From Mobula hypostoma (Eukaryota): a stretch of DNA of 64,000 bases. Positions 26,655-35,962 of the stretch are shown one piece after another. The notes under the pieces were generated by a model. That model worked only from the letters and a program-made list of their open reading frames with translations, was not told the origin of the DNA and did no database searches. Every line of letters begins with the position of its first letter. Within the stretch, counting starts at the first letter, position 1. Made by a program: the position numbers and the translations under genes. The stretch covers positions 32,118,001 to 32,182,000 of the forward strand of contig NC_086108.1 in assembly GCF_963921235.1 (NCBI RefSeq). The letters are read 5' to 3'.

Positions 26655-28200
26655 ACCAATCTACCTGCATATTGAAATCCCCCATGACTATTGTAACACT
26701 GCCCTTTTGGCATCCTGATGTAATTTGTAGAACACCTCCTTACTACTGATTGGGGGTCTGTATATAACTCTTATCAGGGTATTTTTACCCTTGTAGTTCC
26801 TTAGCTCTATCCACAACGATTCAACACCTTATGTCACCTTTATGTCACCATGATTTGATTTCATTTGACCCATCAGAGCCACACCACCCCACCTGCCTAC
26901 CTACCTGTCCTTTATATACCATGTGTATCCTTAGACATTAAGCTCCCAGTTATAATCTTCTTTCAGCCATGATTCAGAGATGCTTACAACATCATACATG
27001 CCAATCTGTAACTGTACTACAAGTTCATCTAACTTATTCCATATGCTGTGCCCATTCAAATCCACCCTTTTTGATTTTATCTGCCATTTACATTGCAATT
27101 CATCCTGTTGACTGCAATTTTGTCCTAATAACTGCTTCACCCTGCTAGGTGTTTCATTACACATTGCCTGTGTTTGTAAACAAATGACCTCATCCTCAGA
27201 ACAATCACTTCAATTCCCATCCCTTTGCCAAAGTAGTTTAAATCCTCCCAAACAACTCTAGCAAACATGCCTATGAGAACATTGGACCGCCTCAGGTTCA
27301 GGTGTAACCCATTCCTTTTGTACAGACCGTACCTTCCCCTGAAGAGATCCCAATGATCCATAAATCCGAACCCCTACCCTTGCACCAGTTTCCCACCCCC
27401 ACATTCACCTGCCAAATCATTTTTTTCTTACTCTCATTGGCGCAGCATAGGCAGCAATCCAGAGATTACTATCCTGGGGGTCCTGTTTCTTAGCTTTCTA
27501 CCTAACTTCGTAAAATCTCTCTTCAGGACCTCCTCACCTTGCCTACCTATGTCATTAGTGCCAATGTGCACCCAGACTTCTGGCTGCACACCCTCGCCTT
27601 TGAAAATGCCATGGACCTGATCCAAGACATCCCTGACCTTGGCACAAGTGCGGCAACATATCATTCAGGTGTCTCTATCACAAAATTTCATCTCTAGTCC
27701 TCTGACTAAGGAATCTCCTATCAACACTGCAGTCCTCTTCAACTCTCTGCTCTTCTCAGCCACAGCACCAGACTCAGTGCCAAAGACCCTGTTACTGTGG
27801 CTCCCAACCCCGCCTCCCCCAAGTAGGTTGTCCTTCTCAACAGTACCTTAAGTTGCATACTTATTATTAAGAGGAACAGCCACAGATGTACTCTGCACTA
27901 TCTGTGCACTTCCTTTCCTTCTCCTGACAATCACTCAGTTACCTGACTCCTGCACCCTAGGAGTGACCACCTGCCTGTAGCTCCTACCTATCAACTCCTC
28001 ATTCTCCTGCATGAGTGAAAAATCATCAAGCTGCAGCTCCAGTTCCCTTACATGTTCTCTGAGGAGCCACAGCTCAGTACACCTGGTGCAGATATGTTTA
28101 TCCAGAAGACTAGAGGTCTCCCAGACTTCCCACATCCTATTCACAGAACAAAACACTGCCCCGGAGCCATTCTCACAACACTACTATGCCTTAACAGACG
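26655..28200 (-). mobile_element. CR1 LINE 5' portion: ORF1 (Cys-rich/coiled coil and SGNH esterase) plus start of ORF2
   Basis: HICTRCTEL...VRELELQLDD; VHIGTNDIG...IVISGLLP; GLHLN; then NKLDEL...ISESWL. Confidence 0.82.
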
Positions 28201-28829
28201 AGGAATTAATAAATAAGAAAAAAATAAGAGAAAGTTACGAGATAATTTACCTTGCCCAAGCCTGATCTCGCCTCTGCCAGATGAGCCAAACCAACAGCTT
28301 CTTGCTCATATTCAGCAAGGAGCTGTTGGTAGCAGTGAGTTATTACTACTTATTAATGAAGTACAGAATTAAAATTTCTGCTTGCTTTGTTTCTGGATTC
28401 CATGATACTGACTTGCCGGTAAAGTGCAAATCCAAAATGGAGCCCATTGTCACAACAAGGTCAGCGTATTGAACAGTCAGAACAAACACTAATAAAATGA
28501 CTGAAGAAACCATTTTGACAGCCAGCAATGCCTGCCTCAAGCTTTCTTAAGTATATTGAATGCTTCCTAAGGCTCCTGGCAATCAGGAACATTCAAAAAC
28601 TATGAATATAATCAACTAGTTTGAATAACTTAAAATTTAAAAAGTTAAAGCATGAAGTCACAATCTTCTTAAAAAGTATTTTAAAAGTTTAAAGCAGGCT
28701 CAATTAATTGGCAAAACATACATTAACTCATACTTTTTCTTCAATGGGCTTTCTGTATCTGCAACATATTTAACTTAGCTAAACTTCAGCAAGTAGCTTC
28801 CCCAATACAACTGCTGGGACTTTCAGCAA

Positions 28830-29039
28830 CACACACAAAATGCTAGAGGAACTCAGCAGGCCAAGCAGCATCTGTGGAAAAGAGTATAGTTGATGTTTCG
28901 GGCCAGGCAGGACAGAAAGTCTTGTCCCGAAACGTTGATTGTACTCTTTTCCATAGATGCTGCCTGGCCTGCTGAGTTCCTCCAGCATTTTGTGTGTGTT
29001 GCTTGGATTTCTAGCATCTGCAGATTTTCTCCTGTTTGT
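28830..29039 (+). mobile_element. Short Penelope-derived element with an inverted partial copy at its 5' end
   Basis: Arm ~28826-28902 is the reverse complement of ~28927-29001; flanking direct repeat GACTTTCAGCAA (28818-28829, 29040-29051). Confidence 0.82.
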
Positions 29040-29254
29040 GACTTTCAGCAAGTTTGGTGCTAATCCTGGTTCCCATGAAGGATTAAACTTGAGAGTGACA
29101 GCACTGAGAACAAACCTGGAACATCTGCATTTGTGGGTAGTTACAAACTTGCCGACCCAAGCACAAATGCCAACAGTTCTCATCTTAGAGTCTACCATCG
29201 TTGTTGTACAAAGGAGATCATTATGCTCTACAACTCAGAGAGAAATCTATAAAT

Positions 29255-30520
29255 TTGCATAAGAACTCAAGGAGGAGCAGGCATAAGCCATCTGGCCCCT
29301 AATCCTGCACCATCTATCAGCAAGATCATGGATGATATTCAGCTTGAAACCCATTTTCCTGCACAATGTCCTTATATTTGAATTCCCTGATAACCAGACA
29401 TTTATCAAACTTTCTCTGAATAATGAACTTCCAGAAATTCTAGGGTCAAAAATTATAACAACCCACTGAACAAAGAAATTTCTCTTCATCTCAGTCCTAA
29501 GTGGCCTATTGCTAATTGTGAAACTAATCTACATCTCTAGACTTCTCAGCCAGGGGAACATTCTCATTGTGTTCATCCTGTTAAACCATACAGAAATTAT
29601 TTAAGTTTCATTGGGATTGCATCCATTTTTCTAAGTTCCAGAGAAGACAGACCAAGACAGAAATGTTATTTCATTTCATTCACCAAACACCGAACCAGTC
29701 TGGTGAATTATCACTACACTGCTTCAATGGTAAGAATATCCTTTTTTTTTGATAAGGAGACCAATATTAGAGGTGAGATCTCATGAAGGTTCTGTATAAT
29801 TACAGTTAATTGCATTCCTGCAAAAAAATCACCTTTCTGTAAAAAAATTACACACTATTTACCTTCCTAATTATTTGCTGCATCTGAATATTAGCTTCCA
29901 GAGTCCAGTGAGCAAGTCACCCAGCACCCTTTGAATATCAACTTTTCATGCACCATACTGAACAATCTTACATTTTTTCCCAGAAGATATTCTTTCTGCC
30001 ATGCTCTTACTACTCATTTCCCTTGTCTAAAGTCCCTTAAAGCTTGCTTACAATATTCGTTACTCACAATCTCACCTAATTTATTGTCAATGAACCTGGA
30101 TATTTGACATTTGGTCTCCTTAGCCAAATCATTTATGTACACTGTGACTAGCTGGGGCACAAACACTGATCCCTGTGGCACTCCATTATTTATAGCCTGT
30201 TAACCTGAGCCAGACCCCTTTACTCCAAATCTGCTTTCTGCATGTGCTATTTCTTAAAGTATTTCAATATACTGCCTTCAATTTCCTGTGAAAATCTAAA
30301 TTCATCACATCCATTGAATCCCCCTCATCTACTTCACTAGTGACAAGAAACTGATAGAATAGTCAAAAATGATTATCCTTTCATAAGCTGATGCTGACTT
30401 TGTTCATCTTATTATTCTTTCTGGGTGCTCTATTATTACTTCTTCATTATAAATTCCATCTTTTTTTCCACCTACTGATGCAAGCTAAGAAGTCAGGATT
30501 TCTCTGTTTTCTCTTTTCCT
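29255..30520 (-). mobile_element. Old, highly decayed CR1 LINE
   Basis: MKRNFFVQWVV-like C-terminus, gatccctgtggcactcc (VPQGS on the minus strand), and a CR1 tail near 29260. Boundaries approximate. Confidence 0.65.
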
Positions 30521-30601
30521 TAATACAAGACAATGCAGTATAAAACAATGGATTATTTAATTTGGCTTGTTTCAAACTAGATAAGTTGGCTTAGTTACAG
30601 C

Positions 30602-31440
30602 CACAAAATGCTGGAGGAACTCAGCAGGCCAGCAGCATTCATGGAAAACATTTCGAGTCAAGGCCCTTCATCAAGACTGGAACAAAAGATGAGAAGTTAA
30701 GTCAAGAAGGTGGGGGAAAGGGAGGAAGAAGTACAAGGTGGTAGGTGATAGGTGAACTGGTAAAGGGGAAAGGTGAAGTAAAGGGCTGGAGAAGGAGGAA
30801 TCTGAGAGGAGAGAGTAGAAGGCATGGAAGAAATGGGAGGAGGAGCACATGGTTAAACAGTCAGAAGGCAGCAGAGATCACAGAGGGGAGACAGTGAGAG
30901 AGGGTTTCACTGAACTCCTGAAGGGAAGATATGAACTTCTTCAGGATAGGCATCCCTGGAAGAGACTTCACAATGTAGTAGTAGCACAAAGACGAGAAAA
31001 TCTGCAGATGTTAGAAATTCAAGCAACACACACAAAATGCTGGAGGAATTCAGCAGGCCAGGCAGTATCTATGGAAACGACTAAACAGTCGACTTTTCAG
31101 GCCAGGACCCTTCATCAGGACTGGAACAAAAGATGAGAAGTTAGATCAAGATGATTGGGTAAAGGGAGGGGCATTAGATCAACAAGGTGACAGGTGATAG
31201 CTGAAACTGATAAAGGGGAGGGGTGAGGTAAAGACTGGGAAGTTGATAGGTAAAAGAGATAAATGTCTGGAGAAGGGGGAATCCAATAGGAGAGGGTAGA
31301 AGATCAAGGAAGAAAGGGAAGGGGGAACATAAGGTTGAAGAGTCGGGGGGGCAGCAGAGAACACAGAGGGGAACATTGAGAGAAGGTTTCACTGAACTGC
31401 CATTAAAGGGAAGATTTAAACTTCTTTAGGGTAGCATCCA
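30602..31440 (-). mobile_element. Head-to-tail dimer of a ~444-bp Penelope-derived unit, each with a hammerhead motif
   Basis: Units ~30602-30985 and ~30990-31440 share the same blocks in order: tail, cccttcatca(a/g)gactggaacaaaagatgagaagtta, purine-rich tract, ggtttcactgaact...ggcatcc. Confidence 0.8.
31086..31123 (-). ncRNA. Minimal type-I hammerhead ribozyme motif (one stem-III change)
   Basis: Minus strand cagtc-CTGATGA-agggtcctggcct-GAAA-aGTC-gactg: both core boxes and a perfect 5-bp stem I. Confidence 0.7.
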
Positions 31441-31971
31441 AGTTGTTTAGCACAAGGAAGCTTGCAGACCAGATGGATATTATCAGTTAGCATATCAAAA
31501 GCGGATCAATGAATAGTTGGAAGATTTGTGTACTCATAGAGTTAGCTCCACAACATTAACTGAGAGTACCTGGGAAATGTGTCTCCTAGAAACTTTCAGA
31601 TCACTTGTGTTCAAAGTTATCTGGAAAATTATTGCATGTGTGTGAAGCCACCCAAGTGGCAAAGAAATGGTATAAATGAAGAGGGAATTTCAGGCTTTTT
31701 AGGAATGATTGAGGAACATCAAGAAGCATGACAGAAACACGGGGTGAACTAGAATCTATTCCTCCACTTTCAATAGCTGTAACAGATGTCGAGTCTGTCA
31801 GCAGCTCATGGGTATGTCTTTTTAGCTTACAAGAATTGTATGAGTGTGTTGGAAATCCTTTGTTTTAGAAATGGTTCTAATTTGTAAGTATTTAATAAGA
31901 TAAAAATCCTTTGAGAGCGGGTGTTGTTTGAATTCAACCATTTATCACTAAAAATAAACAAAATAAATGAA

Positions 31972-34480
31972 AACAACAGGAATTCTGCAGATGCTGGAAA
32001 ATCAAGCAACACACATCAAAGTTGCTGGTGAACGCAGCAGGCCAAGCAGCATCTGTAGGAAGAGGTGCAGTCGACGTTTCAGGCTGAGACCCTTCGTCAG
32101 GACTAACTGAAGGAAGAGTGAGTAAGGGATTTGAAAGTTGGAGGGGGAGGGGGAGATCCAAACTGATAGGAGAAGACAGAAGGGGGAGAGATAGAGCCAA
32201 GAGCTGGACAGGTGATAGGCAAAAGGGGATACGAGAGGATCATGGGACAGGAGGTCCGGGAAGAAAGACGGGGGGGGGGGAACCCAGAGGATGGGCAAGA
32301 GGTATATTCAAAGGGACAGAGGGAGAAAAAGGAGAGTGAGAGAAAGAATGTGTGCATAAAAATGAGTAACAGATGGGGTACGAGGGGGAGGTGGGGCCTT
32401 AGCGGAAGTTAGAGAAGTCGATGTTCATGCCATCAGGTTGGAGGCTACCCAGACGGAATATAAGGTGTTGTTCCTCCAACCTGAGTGTGGCTTCATCTTT
32501 ACAGTAGAGGAGGCCGTGGATGGACATGTCAGAATGGGAATGGGATGTGGAATTAAAATGTGTGGCCACTGGGAGATCCTGCTTTCTCTGGCGGACAGAG
32601 CGTAGATGTTCAGCAAAGCGGTCTCCCAGTCTGCGTCGGGTCTCGCCAATATATAAAAGGCCACATCGGGAGCACCGGACGCAGTATATCACCCCAGTCG
32701 ACTCACAGGTGAAGTGTTGCCTCACCTGGAAGGACTGTTTGGGGCCCTGAATGGTGGTAAGGGAGGAAGTGTAAGGGCATGTGTAGCACTTGTTCCGCTT
32801 ACACGGGTAAGTGCCAGGAGGGAGATCAGTGGGGAGGGATGGGGGGGACGAATGGACAAGGGAGTTGTATAGGGAGCGATCCCTGCGGAATGCAGGGGGG
32901 GGGGAGGGAAAGATGTGCTTAGTGGTGGGATCCCGTTGGAGGTGGCGGAAGTTACGGAGAATAATATGTTGGACCCGGAGGCTGGTGGGGTGGTAGGTGA
33001 GGACCAGGGGAACCCTATTCCTAGTGGGGTGGCGGGAGGATGGAGTGAGAGCAGATGTATGTGAAATGGGGGAGATGCGTTTAAGAGCAGAGTTGATAGT
33101 GGAGGAAGGGAAGCCCCTTTCTTTAAAAAAGGAAGACATCTCCCTCGTCCTAGAATGAAAAGCCTCATCCTGAGAGCAGATGCGGCGGAGACGGAGGAAT
33201 TGCGAGAAGGGGATGGCGTTTTTGCAAGAGACAGGGTGAGAAGAGGAATAGTCCAGATAGCTGTGAGAGTCAGTAGGCTTATAGTAGACATCAGTGGATA
33301 AGTTGTCTCCAGAGACAGAGACAGAAAGATCTAGAAAGGGGAGGGAGGTGTCGGAAATGGACCAGGTAAACTTGAGGGCAGGGTGAAAGTTGGAGGCAAA
33401 GTTAATAAAGTCAACGAGCTCTGCATGCGTGCAGGAAGCAGCGCCAATGCAGTCATCGATGTAGCGAAGGAAAAGTGGGGGACAGATACCAGAATAGGCA
33501 CAGAACATAGATTGTTCCACAAACCCAACAAAAAGGCAGGCATAGCTGGGACCCATACGGGTGCCCATAGCTACACCTTTAGTTTGGAGGAAATGGGAGG
33601 AGCCAAAGGAGAAATTATTAAGAGTAGGGACTAATTCCGCTAGACAGAGCAGAGTGGTGGTAGAGGGGAACTGATGAGGTCTGGAATCCAAAAAGAAGCG
33701 TAGAGCTTTAAGACCTTCCTGATGGGGGATGGAAGTATATAAGGACTGGACGTCCATGGTGAAAATAAAGCGGTGGGGGCCAGGGAACTTAAAATCATCG
33801 AAAAGTTTAAGAGCGTGAGAAGTGTCACGAACATAGGTCGGAAGGGATTGAACAAGGGGTGATAAAACAGTGTCGAGGTATGCAGAAATGAGTTCGGTGG
33901 GGCAGGAGCAAGCTGAGACAATAGGTCAGCCAGGACAGGCAGGTTTGTGGATCTTGGGTAGGAGGTAGAAACGGGAAGTGCGGGGTGTGGGAACTATAAG
34001 GTTGGTAGCAGTGGATGGGAGATCCCCTGAGCGGATAAAGTCGGTGATGGTGTGGGAGACAATGGCCTGGTGCTCCTTAGTGGGGTCACAATCGAGGGGT
34101 AAATAAGAGGAGGTATCCGCGAGTTGTCGCTGTGCCTCGGCAAGGTAGAGGTCAGTACGCCAGACTACAACAGCATCCCCCTTATCGGCGGGTTTAATAA
34201 TAAGGTTAGGATTAGTGCGGAGGGAGTGGAGAGCAGAGCGTTCCGAAGGAGTGAGGTTGGAATGGGGACAAGGTGCGGTGAAGTCGAGACGGTTGATGTC
34301 CCGTCGGCAATTAGCGATAAAGAGATCCAGAGCAGGCAGAAGACCAGAGCGGGGTGTCCATGAAGAAGAGGAGGGTTGAAGACGGGAGAAGGGGTCATCG
34401 GTGGGGGTGGAAGAGTCCTTGCCGAAGAAGTAGGCTCGGAGACGGAGACGGCGGAAGAAAAGTTCCGTATCATGGCGAAT
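31972..34480 (-). mobile_element. Young, 5'-truncated Penelope-like element (RT + GIY-YIG endonuclease)
   Basis: IKPADKG, YLLPKIHK, MDVQSLYTSI, GVAMG, RYIDD, FLDL, VIYCVRCSRCGLLYIGET. ORFs 33926..34654 and 32399..33757 are in the same frame, separated by one TGA. 11-bp TSD AAATAAATGAA (31961-31971, 34481-34491). Confidence 0.95.
32068..32105 (-). ncRNA. Minimal type-I hammerhead ribozyme in the PLE 3' region
   Basis: Minus strand tagtc-CTGACGA-agggtctcagcct-GAAA-cGTC-gactg: CUGANGA and GAAA boxes, stem II, palindromic ACGU stem III, GUC cleavage triplet, 5-bp stem I. Confidence 0.82.
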
Positions 34481-35341
34481 AAATAAATGAACTACTTTGT
34501 TAGCTGGAAGTACCTTCTCCTTGGCAGGTAGGAGTGACCCACCACTCCAATAGCGGGTAATGGCAGCTGAGCACGCTGTGGAGCATAAACAGGGGAATGA
34601 ACTAGACTTTGAAGATTGGGTAGTTACAGTATAACCTCCCTTTAGTAACGACACCTGTGGCTATTTATATTGGATAGGACTTATGGTCTTCATTGGTGTT
34701 TAGAATTTTGCAGTCAGCAAACCATCACAACAGGGATGATTTGACATAAGAATATTGATGAATTAATTTAGTGCTGCTATGGAGCAAAAAAAGATTCATT
34801 ATATTCCAGTAGTGCAAAAAAGCATCACTTTCACAGGTTTGGGGACAGAACCACTCTGCTTCCCTTCACTAAGCTGTTGCCTCCCATTGTTGTGTCCTAA
34901 TGAAGAGTATTGACCTGAAATATTAACATTATTGCCCTCCAGAGATACTGCCTGACTTGCTGAGTTACTCCAGCATTTGTGCGTTGCTCAAAAATTTCAA
35001 CTATCTACAGTTTCGCACGTGTGTGTCTGTGAGTGTGTTGCCTCCTTTATTGCTGATTCTAAATATAGCGGTTTAAAGTAATGTTGGAGCATTACTGTGG
35101 CAGTATATTGAATGTCTTGAATGTAAAGCATGAGTTCTTATCAAAGTACAGAGTAAATTTTTTTATCAAAAGATATATATAACTAATTATCTTGAGATTA
35201 TTTTTGCAGGCATTCACAGTAAAATGAGATACAACAGAATCAATGAAAAACACACAAACACTGACAAAGGAACCAATGTATAAAAGACCAAATGTGCAAA
35301 TTAAAAAAGCAATATATAATACTGAGATTACGACCCGTATA

Positions 35342-35884
35342 TAGTACTGTGTAAAAGTCTTAGGCACACATATATAGCTAGGGTGCCCAAGACTTCTGCA
35401 CAGTACTGTATTTGTCAACGTGGAGTGGACAGCAAGTTTGTGAATCTTGCAAGAGCAAAGGATGTTGGGAATGGTGAGGGCAGAGCACCACGGGAGAGGT
35501 GTGAAACAGATGGTAGAGAAGGAATGCCAGGGATAGGGAGGGGTGGATTGGGTGCAGACACACCCAGCCCTGAGACACCAGGCAAGGTCATTTGATTCCT
35601 AACAATTGATCATTACAGAGTGTCTCTCTGATGTTTCCTGCTCCCTCTCCTCTCCCTTCCTCTTTTCCCAACCATGATTCCCCTCTCCCTGCCCCTTTCC
35701 CACTCTCAGTCCACGATAGAGAACCATTTCAGAATCAGGTTTATCATCACTCACATATGTTATGAAATTTGTTTTTTTTTGTGGCAGCAGTACAGCGCAA
35801 TACATAAAATTACTACAATACTGTGCAAATGTTTTAGTTACCCTCACTATATATATGTGCCTAAAACTTTTGCATAATACTGTA
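35342..35884. mobile_element. Two ~65-bp palindromic Tc1/mariner-like mini-MITEs (35342-35410, 35814-35884) bracketing ~400 bp
   Basis: Each unit is self-complementary (tactgtg.aaaagtcttaggcac...gtgcc.aagactt.tgcacagta) with TA ends; the two units are in opposite orientation. Confidence 0.65.
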
Positions 35885-35962
35885 GTCCTGAAAAGTGAGG
35901 CCATAGGCTGGTTCACGAATGACTTTGGGTGGAATAGGAAATTGTGAACTGCACTATGGCTA

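Noticed and set aside
30900..30950. CTGAAGA...GAAA on the minus strand as a second hammerhead
   Set aside because: No convincing stems I-III; the stretch reads better as a decayed coding start.
33926..33928. In-frame TGA in the PLE ORF as selenocysteine or programmed readthrough
   Set aside because: It falls at a conserved Arg (GRPIVS); CGA>TGA deamination is the simpler explanation.
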